DNA of 63,836 nucleotides, the filler included, from Octopus bimaculoides (lineage: Eukaryota), in the NCBI RefSeq assembly GCF_001194135.2. It is 4 parts of 3 records of this genome, joined end to end, with 100 filler letters (N's around TTAATTAATTAA, not from the genome) between each part and the next. Parts side by side here need not be neighbours in the genome. Positions count along the whole stretch, not along the records: positions 27,044 to 58,048 come from NC_068982.1; positions 58,149 to 62,297 come from NC_068982.1; 2 more parts are not named here. The stretch is one strand, 5' to 3'. Below are positions 49,013 to 62,191 of this stretch, in pieces. The position numbers and the translations under genes are program-made. The stretch's first letter is position 1. Each line of letters begins with the position of its first letter. The notes under the pieces are model-generated. The model saw only the letters and a list, made by a program, of their open reading frames with translations. It had not been told where the DNA came from and made no database searches.

Positions 49013-50099
49013 CTTATCTGAAATCTAGGATATTCTACAATCTGAGTTTAAGTTTTACCACTCTGATTTTTTTCTTTTATCCTTTTGGAATGAAAGCACT
49101 AATAAATTCTATCAAGTATAGCATCTCCTATAAAAGTGTCATGCGTGGCTCCTTTTTAAAATGTAAGTCTTCCGAAAACAGCTGATCCCTAAAATCGTGA
49201 TAAAAAGATAACTTTTTTAAAGTCCCGGTTAGATACTCCACTGGTTATTGCATAAATCAATGTAGTAACTGTAAATGTTAATCATGCATTGAATTATTTT
49301 GATTGAACACTTGGTCATGTTTTGCCCGGGAAAGATTTGGTGATTAAACAGACTAAACAGACTACTCGCATTAAATACTGAAGATGTAAAAACTATAGTA
49401 GACAACTCTAGTGTCTGAACACGAAGTCAAGAGAAACAGTATTCAATATGTAACGCATTTAAGCCGACGCCCGACTGTGTCGCAGCGAGTCATTCGTCTT
49501 AAGATTTTTTTTTTGTTTGCTTACAAACAGTACGGTTCAGTATGTGTGTGTGTGTGTGTATGTGTGCGCGCGTGTGTGTGTGNNNNNNNNNNNNNNNNNN
49601 NNNNNNNNNNNNNNNNNNNNNNNNNNNNNNNNNNNNNNNNNNNNNNNNNNNNNNNNNNNNNNNNNNNNNNNNNNNNNNNNNNNNNNNNNNNNNNNNNNNN
49701 NNNNNNNNNNNNNNNNNNNNNNNNNNNNNNNNNNNNNNNNNNNNNNNNNNNNNNNNNNNNNNNNNNNNNNNNNNNNNNNNNNNNNNNNNNNNNNNNNNNN
49801 NNNNNNNNNNNNNNNNNNNNNNNNNNNNNNNNNNNNNNNATATATATATATATAAAAGATAGTGTCTGTTGGCAAATGGTATCTAGTCTAGGTCTGGAAT
49901 AAAATATAATGACATTAAAAGGTAAATGTGAAATAAACTACTTTCATTGGCTTGGCGATTGTTGCAGAGAGATATATGATATTTATACGCATTGAATGAT
50001 AAAAATAAATAATTGAGTCCACCTCTTTTCTTCTCCTCCCACTTCTTGCTTTCTCCTCTTATTTTTTATCATTATAATTTCTATTATTAGTAAGTACTG

Positions 50100-50480
50100 A
50101 AGACAGCGATCTGATAGAATAGTTACCGCGCCGAGCAAAAGCTTAGCGGTATTTCGTCCGTCTTTACGTTCTCAGCTCAAATTCCGCCGAGGTCGACTTT
50201 GCCTATCAACCTTCTGGGGTCGATAATATAAGTACCAGTTGAACACTGAGGTCGATGTAATCGATTTATCTCCTCCCACGAAATTGCTGGCCTTGTGCCA
50301 AAATTTGAAACCACTATTAGTAAGTATCACATGGCAGAAAGCTGACAGAATCGTTACCGCGCCGGACAAAATGTTTAGTGATATTTCTTCCGGGTCTTTA
50401 CATCCTGAGTTCAAATGCGAGTAAGGTCGACTTTGACTTTCATCCTTTCAGAGTCGATAAAATAAGTACCAGTTGAGCAT
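50100..50480 (+). mobile_element. Two tandem SINE copies (12791 family)
   Basis: Two GATAGAAT.GTT / GACAGAATCGTT heads, each followed by GGTCGACTTTG.CT...AAGTACCAGTTGA. Confidence 0.8.
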
Positions 50481-50864
50481 TTGGCGGGCGTGTGTGTGTG
50501 TGTGTGTGTGTATGTATGTGTATGTGCATGTATGCACGTGTGTGTGCGTGTGTGTGTATGTGTGTATGTGTGTATGTATGTGTGTGGGTGTGTATTAATG
50601 TAAATATTGTGGTCAATTAAGGTGCGGCGAGCTGGCAGAATCGTTAGCGCGCCAGGTAAAAAGCTTATCTACATTTACAAACTTATATTTGTGCATGTAT
50701 ATATATATACACATGTATATACAAATGTATGTATGTATGTTTTTCAAAGTTGTATGTTTCAAAGTATGTATGTTTCAAAGTATGTATGTTTTTCAAAGAA
50801 GTAACTCTATATGAAACTGTTGACAATGAAGCAATTACAGCAGGGAAAACCCATTTGTATGCAT

Positions 50865-51265
50865 ATTGTAAATGTAATGCACGCCAGTATTTTAATCAAA
50901 GGTTGTAATATTAAATTAAACCATTTTCGTATGTGAGGATACATTTATGAATGTTGGTTCAGACGATAGCACTGACAAGACTAGTCGTGTCTCTTCCGAG
51001 TTTCGAAATCATCAGAGTAATTTGAAATCTTCTGCATCAGTACAATCCTCATTTACCTTTGCGAATACTCACACTTTCGAATCCCTTTTGGCTCTTAACC
51101 AATTCCAGTCAATACCGACCATCACTATCTCACTCTCTGTCCATTGTGCAATTAAGACAACTCATCTCCAGATTGTCCTTACCATGCAACACTGATCCAC
51201 AAATCCGCTGATCTTTCGAGTTAACTGCATGTCAGAACTCTATCGGTTCTATGCTCAGCATTCTT
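50865..51265. repeat. Local duplication: copy A of 54105-54480; short diverged copy at 51875-51975
   Basis: Near-identical to 54105-54480 apart from a deletion of about 30 bp in that copy. Confidence 0.9.
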
Positions 51266-51640
51266 TACGTTCTGTATTCAAATTCCACCGACGTCAACTT
51301 TGCCTTCCATCCTTTTAGGATCAATAAAATAAGTACCAGTTGAATATTGGATCGCTGTAATCGACATACACCTTCCCCCAAAATTGCTGGCCTTGTGCTA
51401 AAATTTGAAACCAGTATTGAGGTTAACTAAGGCGGTGAGCTGACAGAATCACTAGCACTCCAGATAAAATACGTAGCGACATTTCGTCCGTCTTTAAGTC
51501 CTCAGTTTAAATTCCACCGTGGTCGACTTGGCCTTTCATCTTTTCAGTGCTGATGAAAAATAGTACCATTCGTGCACAAGGGGAGTCGACTATCCCCCAC
51601 CCTCAAAATTTCAGGCCTTATGCTCATAACAGAAAAGAAT
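51255..51640 (+). mobile_element. Two further tandem SINE copies
   Basis: TTCAAATTCCACCGACGTCAACTTTGCC... and AAGGCGGTGAGCTGACAGAATC... heads and central domains. Confidence 0.8.
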
Positions 51641-51892
51641 GTTAACACTAACTTCATTATATAATTAGCAATAAATATTTAGTGATAAAGGTACACAATA
51701 CTTTTAGTTGAATGAAATATACAACACATGTGAGATTTTGCGGTGTTTCAAGTTACGCTTCTTGTGGCTTATTCAGTTATACTGTCTGAATAACCTGCAA
51801 GAAGTAAAAATTGAAACCCCAACCAAACCAATATATAAGTGGGGGGGGGGGTGCATGGGTGTATTTATTTTTGGATGTGAGTATGTACTTAC

Positions 51893-51972
51893 GAATGTTG
51901 GTTCCGATGATAACACTGACAAAACTAGTCGTGTTCCTTCTGAGATTCGAAATCTTCAGAGTAATTTGAAAT
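51893..51972 (-). CDS. Candidate 80-nt internal exon
   Basis: Pyrimidine-rich TTTCTTTCGACTTCCGAAATCGTCAG acceptor and GTAAGT donor; one open frame FQITLKISNLRRNTTSFVSVIIGTNI. Confidence 0.25.
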
Positions 51973-52200
51973 CTGACGATTTCGGAAGTCGAAAGAAACG
52001 CAAATAGTTTAGTAAGTGCTATTATCTAAATAAACATATATCTACCATGTGTTATTGAGCACTTTACATTAGATCGCGGTTCTCCCAGCCAAATTTACAT
52101 ACCTACATGCATACACACATACATACATACATACATGAGAGTATGTGTTTGTGCATATAAAGATAGAGAAAGAGAGAAAGGGAGACTTGTGCGTATTTGC

Positions 52201-52261
<61 letters not shown>

Positions 52262-52434
52262 GAGAATAGGGGTTTAGGAAATCCAGACGAGTGCTCGGGC
52301 CAACACTTCATGCGAAATCTTAACAAACAGAATGTATGGGAGATAGAATAAAATGAGAAAGCAGTATTCATTTAATCCAAATAACATTCAATACAAACTG
52401 TAAATTCTAAGAATAGATAGATAGATAGATAGAG

Positions 52435-52471
<37 letters not shown>

Positions 52472-52552
52472 CAATATGTATATATGTATGTATATGTATA
52501 TATGTATGTACATGTATATATATATGCATGTGCATGTATATATACGTATGTA

Positions 52553-52613
<61 letters not shown>

Positions 52614-53458
52614 NNNNNNNNNNNNNNNNNNNNNNNNNNNNNNNNNNNNNNNNNNNNNNNNNNNNNNNNNNNNNNNNNNNNNNNNNNNNNNNNNNNNNNN
52701 NNNNNNNNNNNNNNNNNNNNNNNNNNNNNNNNNNNNNNNNNNNNNNNNNNNNNNNNNNNNNNNNNNNNNNNNNNNNNNNNNNNNNNNNNNNNNNNNNNNN
52801 NNNNNNNNNNNNNNNNNNNNNNNNNNNNNNNNNNNNNNNNNNNNNNNNNNNNNNNNNNNNNNNNNNNNNNNNNNNNNNNNNNNNNNNNNNNNNNNNNNNN
52901 NNNNNNNNNNNNNNNNNNNNNNNNNNNNNNNNNNNNNNNNNNNNNNNNNNNNNNNNNNNNNNNNNNNNNNNNNNNNNNNNNNNNNNNNNNNNNNNNNNNN
53001 NNNNNNNNNNNNNNNNNNNNNNNNNNNNNNNNNNNNNNNNNNNNNNNNNNNNNNNNNNNNNNNNNNNNNNNNNNNNNNNNNNNNNNNNNNNNNNNNNNNN
53101 NNNNNNNNNNNNNNNNNNNNNNNNNNNNNNNNNNNNNNNNNNNNNNNNNNNNNNNNNNNNNNNNNNNNNNNNNNNNNNNNNNNNNNNNNNNNNNNNNNNN
53201 NNNNNNNNNNNNNNNNNNNNNNNNNNNNNNNNNNNNNNNNNNNNNNNNNNNNNNNNNNNNNNNNNNNNNNNNNNNNNNNNNNNNNNNNNNNNNNNNNNNN
53301 NNNNNNNNNNNNNNNNNNNNNNNNNNNNNNNNNNNNNNNNNNNNNNNNNNNNNNNNNNNNNNNNNNNNNNNNNNNNNNNNNNNNNNNNNNNNNNNNNNNN
53401 NNNNNNNNNNNNNNNNNNNNNNNNNNNNNNNNNNNNNNNNNNNNNNNNNNNNNNNNNN

Positions 53459-53498
<40 letters not shown>

Positions 53499-54104
53499 AT
53501 AGATAGATAGATAAAAGACAAGCAGACATTCACACATACATACATACATTCACACATACATACATATATCATACATACATACATGCATACAATATTTTCT
53601 AATTTTACTCATTCGTATTCTGCAGCGAACATTTCATTCAGTGTGGTTAATTTGTCTTTGCAAATTATTTCAGACAAGCGATGAAATGTTGCCGAGTAAT
53701 TAATTAGATTTTACGATGGAGTAAGTGAAATCAATAACAAACAAAAATAAGAATACCTCATGGAAAATAAATATTAGGCTGCTGGAAAGATCATCCTTGT
53801 GTCTCTGATCAATGATCCTCGACGAGGAGTTATATGCATTTAAGAAGGCATACAACACCTCTTGGTTCTGCCAGACCTCTCACAGTGATCATAGTATTTT
53901 GTAATACCAGTGTGCATGACATTTATAAAGTGCGTGCAAACGTGGGTAATCTCTAGCTGTAATATTTTGTGTCGGAGAAAATTCTCAATGAGAGTTATGT
54001 TTTAAAATCGCCACTTACCTAAAACAAGTCCAGTGTTTTTAACACACAGGCATCTTTGAGAAGTTTCTCTTAGGCAAATTATTATAGTTAATACTGTTTC
54101 ACAT

Positions 54105-54480
54105 TTGTATGCACATTCTAAATGTAATGCACGCCAGTATTTTAATCAAAGGTTGTAATATTAAATTAAACCATTTTCGTATGTGAGCATGCATTTATGT
54201 CGTGTCTCTTCCCAGTTTCGAAATCATCAGAGTAATTTGAAATCTTCTGCATCAGTACAATCCTCATTTACCTTTGTGAATACGCACACTTTCGAATCCC
54301 TTTTGGCTCTTAACCAATTCCAGTCAATACCAACCATCACTATCTCACTCTCTGTCCACTGTGTAATTAAGACAACTCATCTCCAGATTGTCCTTACCAT
54401 GCAACACTGATCCACAAATCTGCTGATGTTTCGAGTTAACTGCAGGGCAGAACTCTATCGGTTCTATGCTCAGCATTCTT
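54105..54480. repeat. Local duplication, copy C
   Basis: Near-identical to 50865-51265. Confidence 0.9.
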
Positions 54481-55589
54481 GATTGCAAATGTGGCTTACC
54501 TCTAACCTTCCGAGACTGCTTAGCGGGAGGCAAGAACCATCTTCTTATGTACGTCTCTTTGTATTCTTCATACAATCAAAACTGAAAACCTCAAAACACG
54601 CAGGGGTCACTCTTAGCTCCGGCTCAGTATTATATTTAAAATGTAATGCACATATCTCATGGAGTACTACTAGAACCACAGCTATATAGTCAAAGCGGAA
54701 ACAATTTACGAGCCACTTAAGATAACCATCCCAAAAAAAACAAAGAATATCTTTGTGCACAGAAAAGGTTGCAAGCCTTGTCACATCTTAGATATCAGCC
54801 GGGCTTCTTTGATTTCAATTATCTTCCCAGAATCTTCTTATGTTTATACACGTTTCATTAAACAAATGATTCGAATAACTAATGAAAGCAGCTTTAAGAT
54901 TAACTTCTCAGTACTCCACTCTCCAATTTTACAAGGAAATCACTCCTACATATCTGACCAAACATTATATGTCCATCATTATTTTCATCGTCGTCGTCAT
55001 CGTCATCATCGTCTTATTCAACGTTTTTATAATGTTTTTTTTTTCTTGGTGACATGGTTTTGACACATCTAACAAATACTAATCAGTGTCTTTAAAAAGA
55101 GTTAGTGGCCTAATTTATAATACATTATGAGAATATGAATGCCAAAGATACTGGCTTCAAATTTGGACACAAGGCCTGAAAGTTAGGGGTAGAGGAAAAG
55201 TGCTTGACTGGTACTTATTTTATCGACTCCGAAAGGCTGAAAGGCAAAATCGACCTCGGCGGAATTTGAACTGAGAACGCGTGTACCTAAAAGAAAGATA
55301 CAACTGTTCACATTTTTTTGGACTTCTAGAGATCCAGATAGCAACATAACGGAAGTGTTATTAAAAGAAATCATAAAGATAATTTTAAAACAAAGACGTA
55401 CATTTCTTACAAGTACACAGAAACCTATCCTAAATAAACAGCAACGATATAATTAGGGAATTTCTAATTATAAGTAAGTACATCTGACTTCAAAGTGGAC
55501 ACGTTTCACTTAACCAAACTGGTATTGACAGAATTTCATGCTGACATATATAAGGCATAATTCAAGAACTTTCTTCTTTTCCCTGAAAT

Positions 55590-55900
55590 TTTCAAGGGAG
55601 GAATATATTTGCATATTCGATAATGCACTCGCTCACCCCGGGATCGATGTTTCCATTCAAAATATTCATAATTGTTGTGTGAAACGTATGTCGGCGAATT
55701 CGCCCATCCTTAATCTCAAAAAGGAATGTTTCTCGTATATAAAATATGCATTAAAAGCGGAACTTTTCCTCCGTGACATTCATGCAGAAGTAGCAAACAA
55801 TGCTGCAGGTGTTAAAAAAGTCACTCATTGAGATTAAAATTATCTTTGGGTGCCATTAATGTAGTTACACCCTCAACAGGAAAGCATTACAAACATATGG
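55590..55900 (+). mobile_element. Decayed Tc1/IS630-type DDE transposase C-terminus
   Basis: YICIFDNALAH...KRMSANSPILNLKKECFSYIK, matching the DN..H and SP.LNPIE pattern. Confidence 0.65.
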
Positions 55901-57929
55901 TGATGCTCTTGCCTCGCAGCTTGGCAAATAAAATCTTATAATTAACCAGATAGGTTCACGTTCTTGACAATGCAAATGATATTTTACTGTTCTATTTTCT
56001 ATAAAATAGATATGTATTAATTTCACTTTGAAATTGATTTTCTCTCTATGAAGTGGCACAATCTCAGTTTGAACTCATTAACCTCACTTTGAAGTGGTTA
56101 GCTTTCACTTCATAGTAAAATCTGCCCACTTAGAATTACAGATACTGTTCTTAGCACTGATATGACTTTAACTTTAACTCCAAATAAATCCATCTAAAAA
56201 TATAGATACAGAACTACATTTAAATTACTATTGATTTGTAGCATAGACACAAGGTCGTAAATTTGGGATGAAGCATATAGTTAGGTATATCAATATTAGT
56301 ATTTGCCCAGAATTTATGTATATTAACCCCGGAAGAATCAAAGAGAAAGTCGACCTCATCAATATTTGATTTCAGAATATAAAGGTAACTTAATACTGCA
56401 AAGCATTTTGTACAGCACTTTACCGTTTCTGTCATTGGACAGCTTCACAATAAATATATTTATATTAACCAATGATGTAAGTGTCGTTTAGTAAGTTAAG
56501 TCCGCTGGGTTATACGGAAAGGTTAACCAATGTTAACATTTATTAGTAATGAAGTGAATCAGTCTTTAGAGAAATTTGGTGCTCTCTGACAATGAACATT
56601 TGGCATTTTTTTCTTTGCAACGGCCTTGATGTGGCGAATACTGAAGAATAAAAAAAGTATGTCTCCGTCAAATGTTTCTGTCCCTGAATGACACCAATTC
56701 AATTCGAGTAAATTAACAACTGAAATGAACTTTCTTCTATTATATATATAAATATGTATATATGTATCTTATCAAAAACGTTTTCTCTCTCTCTTTCTCT
56801 CTCTCTCTCCCTCTCTCTCTCTCTCTCTCCCTCTCTCTCTCTCTCTCTATTTTTTAATACTATGAAATGAACTGATTAAGCTTATTGATTCACATCTGCT
56901 ACTTTCCCTTGCATGAAATTTATCAAAAAATGACAGTGATATAAATTATTGCACAAAAAAAAACAATCGAAATAATATATGTATAATATTTTATTATTTC
57001 TTTTCAATTTGATAACTACGATTATTCTAATTTTAATGATAACAAGATCATATTTTCAATAATATCAAAATAAATTAGTTCGTCAATTATAAATACAATT
57101 ATCATTATTTTTGAAAAGAGGGCAGTAAATTGATTTAAAAGGGTATAACACTAGTTTGCTGTCTTTTTAGTATTTAGCTCCGTTCTTTTATATTTTGCCT
57201 TCAGCTTTCATTGGAGTTTGATGTTGTTTGCAGCCGTCCGTGATCAGTAAATATTCAACTTGTAGTAATGTAGTCGATTCAGTTGACTATATCACTCTTC
57301 AAAAATTAATACTTTTGTGCTAAGTCTACTATTCAATACCTACAAGTATTTATACTTATTTTCTCTACTCTAAGGCTGGAATTTAGAATATAGAAGGATG
57401 AGACTGAGTACAGTAAAACGCATTGTATAATTGCTCTAACATCTCGTACCTTTATATCCGTGAAATATTATGAAGGAAAAAAACTGTGTAAAGATTTATG
57501 AAAAAGTAGAGATAGGGTAGTGTACGTCTTAAGTAAGGTAGCAAGGCATCATGTTATTAGAAACAAAGGTCATTATATCATACCAAAGAAATAGAATCAT
57601 TTGTGGTTGACCAGATGCTAGTAAAAGTATTTAATCGAGTATTAAGAAGGTTTATGGTCATAAAAGAAGATGTATTATAAATATTGCAATAGAGAAGATC
57701 ATCGGAACTTGTTTCTGAGATTCTGGAACAACTGCCATGGTAACAATTTCTAGGGAAGAAAATATACAGATATTAAGATTTCTTATTTTACATTAAATAG
57801 TAGCCATGAAATTTTAGCATTCGATCTAAGATACATGCAATAAGACTGTGAACATATCAGTGTAAGGCAAAGTTAAATGATTAAGAAAACCGCTTAGCTA
57901 CAATGTCTTTTCAACTTCCATGGTACTGT

Positions 57930-58012
57930 GCGGCAGTAATTTCGGGTCGACCAAATCTTTCGGATTGAAATTTGGTTGACAACATCTACTGAGTGGAAAT
58001 TCGTCGTGTGTG

Positions 58013-58048
<36 letters not shown>

Positions 58049-58148
58049 NNNNNNNNNNNNNNNNNNNNNNNNNNNNNNNNNNNNNNNNNNNNTTAATTAA
58101 TTAANNNNNNNNNNNNNNNNNNNNNNNNNNNNNNNNNNNNNNNNNNNN

Positions 58149-58210
<62 letters not shown>

Positions 58211-58385
58211 ACGCGCGTCCCACCACCACTGCCACTTGATAACCTGTGTTGATTTGTTTACGTCTGCATAACTTTGTACATTGGCAAAAGAATCTGATAG
58301 AATAAGTACCAGGCTTTAAAAAACACACTGGGGTTGATTTTTTCAACTAAAATTCTTCAAGATGTTCAATGACTGAAACAAGTAA
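57930..58385 (+). mobile_element. SINE with internal (GT)n; the two halves lie on either side of an artificial join
   Basis: 3' part GATAGAATAAGTACCAGGCTT...TCAATGACTGAAACAAGTAAA; weak 5' part TCGGGTCGACCAAA. Confidence 0.6.
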
Positions 58386-58399
58386 ATAATAATAATTAT

Positions 58400-58545
58400 A
58401 TATCTGCTTTCCATGTTGGCATGGGTTAGACAGGTGATCATAATCTGACTCAGTACATATTGGGACCAACTGCTCTCATAGATAAGTGCACATAAGCTTC
58501 ATTTTAGCTTGGTTTCCATGCCTGGATGCCCTTCCTATCACCATC
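58400..58545 (-). mobile_element. 3' end of the RTE-related retroposon
   Basis: TTTCCATGTTGGCATGGGTT...CTGGATGCCCTTCCTA. Confidence 0.7.
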
Positions 58546-58928
58546 TGCTTTATACAGTGTATTGTTTTCAAACAATCTGTCTTGTCCTTAATCACATATC
58601 AAGTTTTGGAGAATTCTTGATTCATAAGAATCCTCTTTTCATTCGGAATTGGTCTACACTTTCTGGAAGTAGAGATAGTTTGAATAAATCAAGAACTAAT
58701 TTTGTATGCTATTTGATATACCCTTATTCATCTTTGTTGCTCAAATGCATGTCACTGGCCACTGTGAGTTACTTCTCTTAACACATTTTCATCTCATTTA
58801 TGCAAATTACTTTGGCCATAAATGTGTTCTACTCTTTTTCGTATTTGGCTAGTATCTTGTCTGCTGAATATAAAGTAGGATAATTGTTGTGCTGATGACG
58901 TACACGTGTATGTGTATCTATCTGTCTG

Positions 58929-58965
<37 letters not shown>

Positions 58966-58966
58966 A

Positions 58967-59015
<49 letters not shown>

Positions 59016-59685
59016 NNNNNNNNNNNNNNNNNNNNNNNNNNNNNNNNNNNNNNNNNNNNNNNNNNNNNNNNNNNNNNNNNNNNNNNNNNNNNNNNNNNNN
59101 NNNNNNNNNNNNNNNNNNNNNNNNNNNNNNNNNNNNNNNNNNNNNNNNNNNNNNNNNNNNNNNNNNNNNNNNNNNNNNNNNNNNNNNNNNNNNNNNNNNN
59201 NNNNNNNNNNNNNNNNNNNNNNNNNNNNNNNNNNNNNNNNNNNNNNNNNNNNNNNNNNNNNNNNNNNNNNNNNNNNNNNNNNNNNNNNNNNNNNNNNNNN
59301 NNNNNNNNNNNNNNNNNNNNNNNNNNNNNNNNNNNNNNNNNNNNNNNNNNNNNNNNNNNNNNNNNNNNNNNNNNNNNNNNNNNNNNNNNNNNNNNNNNNN
59401 NNNNNNNNNNNNNNNNNNNNNNNNNNNNNNNNNNNNNNNNNNNNNNNNNNNNNNNNNNNNNNNNNNNNNNNNNNNNNNNNNNNNNNNNNNNNNNNNNNNN
59501 NNNNNNNNNNNNNNNNNNNNNNNNNNNNGTTCGCGTGTTTGCTTGGCGATAGCCAAGGAAGAAAAGGATTATTGACCAGAAGCATGTGACCATGCAGGGG
59601 TAAGGGAGAGAGAGAAAGAGAGTGGTAGAGGGAGAAACAAAGGGAGGAAGTAGAAGAATAGGTGAGCAACGAGAGAAAGAGAGGA

Positions 59686-59800
59686 ATATAGTAGTAACAG
59701 AAGGAAGTACGAGGGGGGAAGAGAGAGATATAGTAGTAACAGAAGGAAGAATGAGAGGGGTAAAGAAAGATACGTAGTAGTAACAGAGGAAGAACAAGAG
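59686..59800. repeat. Purine-rich minisatellite, about 3 units sharing TAGTAGTAACAGA
   Basis: ATATAGTAGTAACAGAAGGAAG-type core recurs three times about 42 bp apart. Confidence 0.7.
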
Positions 59801-60554
59801 GAGGAAAAAGTGATATGAAAGTTTCCCATCTTGTCATTGAAAGCTTGAAATAGGGAGTAATTAGCAGTCAACAACTGAGTAGGAGTTAGACTTCTTTTGG
59901 TATATTGTCCTGAACTTGTCTCTCATTGTGTGTTAATGTACTTTTCACTCATTCGTGATGTCCTGTTCTTATTATGTATTTTTTAGTATTTTGTGGTTTG
60001 TCTAATTTTAAAGCCTAATATATTTTTGCTAATTATACCTAGTTCATTCTTGGAAAGCTTCATTGAGTGGAAGCAAAGTTTCATTATAATCTTTAACCTT
60101 CTGTCAGGTTTGTGCAGAGTGAGACATAACTGTCTACAGTTAATTATCATAATAAGATTTTCACATTACCATTTATTTTAAGTGTTTGGGTTTGCTCTTA
60201 TCATTTTATCTGATAGTAATATTGTGAGTGTGTTTATATGTGGCTTTCTCTAATTTGTATAAATTTTTAGTTTTGATAGCTCATACATATGTATTTAAAA
60301 GGTGATATTTGGACTTTTAACATAGTTTCAAAGTTGTTAGCATAATTTCTAAACCTTTTATACATTTACACACACACAAACACACACAAATATATATATA
60401 TACATACATACATGGGTCTGTTGAAAATAGCATTAATTTTCTTAGGTCGTTCACCAGTTGAGTAAACCTATCAGTAATGTACCTATAATGACTACTGGAA
60501 ACAGGTGTAAACCAAATTTGCTCTAATACACACACACACACACACACATTTAAC

Positions 60555-60640
60555 TTTAGTTAAATCCTTTTCAAACTTTTCAAGGTTTTTGATTAGGGGT
60601 GAAAGGAAGAGTCTTTTGTTTGTTTTGAAACCAAACATAC
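60555..60640 (-). mobile_element. Possible Penelope-like ORF fragment next to the 24.8-kb repeat family
   Basis: FGFKTNKRLFLSPLIKNLEKFEKDLTK resembles, from memory, the GFK...FE.DL region upstream of RT in some Penelope-like elements. Confidence 0.35.
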
Positions 60641-60899
60641 TGCCTGCTATTGTATTAGTTAGTAGTGCCACATTTTTTTTTTTTTTTTGGTAAAACTCCA
60701 TTTTCTCTATCCGATGTTTTATATAAAGATGGTTTTTATGGTACCGTAATATTTTTCATGGAGTGAATGACAGAACAGTTTGGGTATTTTTCTTTTTCTT
60801 TCTTTTTTTATCAACTTACTTAATCTCCTCAGTCATAGATAGTACCTGACCAGATGGGAATGGATCATGCATTTTTTTTTCCTAAAAGAAATGTGTTAT

Positions 60900-61294
60900 G
60901 CAGTGAGTTCATACCTTCTGCATGGCAACTTGGGCAAGTGTCTTCCACTATAGCCATGGGCTGATCAACGCTTTAAGTGGATTTGGTAAAGAGAAGCTTT
61001 AAATAAGCCCATCATGTATGTGTGTGTGTACATATATATATGTATATGTACGTATATATATGTTTATATCTATGTTTATGTGTCTTTGCATTTATGTTTG
61101 TCCCAGCACACCACTTGACAACTAGTGTTGATTTGTTTATGTCCCTCTAACTTAGTGGTTCAGCAAAAGAGACCAATAGAACGCGTACCAGGCTTATAAA
61201 AGAAATGTACAGGGGTCGATTTGTGTGACTAAACCCTTCAAAGTGGTGCCCCAGCATGGCCACAGTTCAATGATAAACAAGTAAAAGATAAAAG
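60900..61294 (+). mobile_element. SINE with internal microsatellite and CR1-like LINE tail
   Basis: TTGGGCAAGTGTCTTCCACTATAGCC...GTGGTGCCCCAGCATGGCCACAGTTC...AACAAGTAAAAGATAAAAG. Confidence 0.85.
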
Positions 61295-62158
61295 TGAAAA
61301 GATATATTTATATCTATAATAATAAATGCCAAAACGAATTTCTGTGTGTGACTAAACCCTTCAAGGTGTCACACTTTGATCCCCTCTTTCACTATTCAAT
61401 GACACTTCTACTATCCTTCATGATGGGGTGAGAGTAATAGTAGGCATAGAGACGGTGAGGGTGGTAGTAGATTGACAGTTGTGATGGTAATGGGGTGATA
61501 GTAATAGTATGAATTGTGATAGAGGTGGAGGCATTGGTGATGATCGTGGTGGTGGTGGTAGCCAAAGCAGTCAGGGATGATGGTGATAGTAAGCGATGTG
61601 AAAGAAAGTGGTGATGGTGGTGGAGGGGAAGGCAGCAAAGTCATAGGTATTGATGGTGGTGGCATCAGAAGTCTGAATGGTGTGTGTATGGTAGTTGTGG
61701 TGGTGATGGTGGTGGTACTGGTGATGGTGATGGTAATGGTTGAAAACAATCAACAGAAAGAGAGAGAAAGAAAGAAAGAGGTTAGACATAAAAAAAAATG
61801 GGAAGACTAAAAATGTTGTTTATCATGCAGCTTTGCAATAAGATCCAAGTTGACAAATTATATCATTGTTTTGATGAAAATTTTTCGTTGCTTGAAAAAT
61901 ATCGATCATGTTTAAAGGATAAAATTTAATATGTACTCAATGCGTGAAGTGTCATTGTTGGGCCCAAGGCCCAATGAAGAGCCCTCCACAAGAGGTAGCT
62001 TAAAAGCCGCCTGATAGAGCAGCTAGTATGTATGTGTGTGTATATATATATATATATATATAGTTCAAAAACACAATAACAAAAAAACAAAAAAACAACA
62101 AAGTGAGGACGTGATATGGATAGTATTATTGGACGCTCAGGAAAGGAAAGAGAGAGTG

Positions 62159-62191
62159 TATGACGTTTCGGGCGTAGCCCTTCGTCGGAAA
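62159..62191 (-). ncRNA. Minimal hammerhead-like motif, U4 replaced by C, GUC site
   Basis: TTT-CCGACGA-A-GGGC-TAC-GCCC-GAAAC-GTC-ATA; same family as 39832-39864. Confidence 0.5.

Larger units (their letters stand above)
47692..49166. repeat. 88-bp inverted repeat pair (47692-47779 and 49079-49166)
   Basis: 84/88 identical by manual alignment. Confidence 0.9.
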
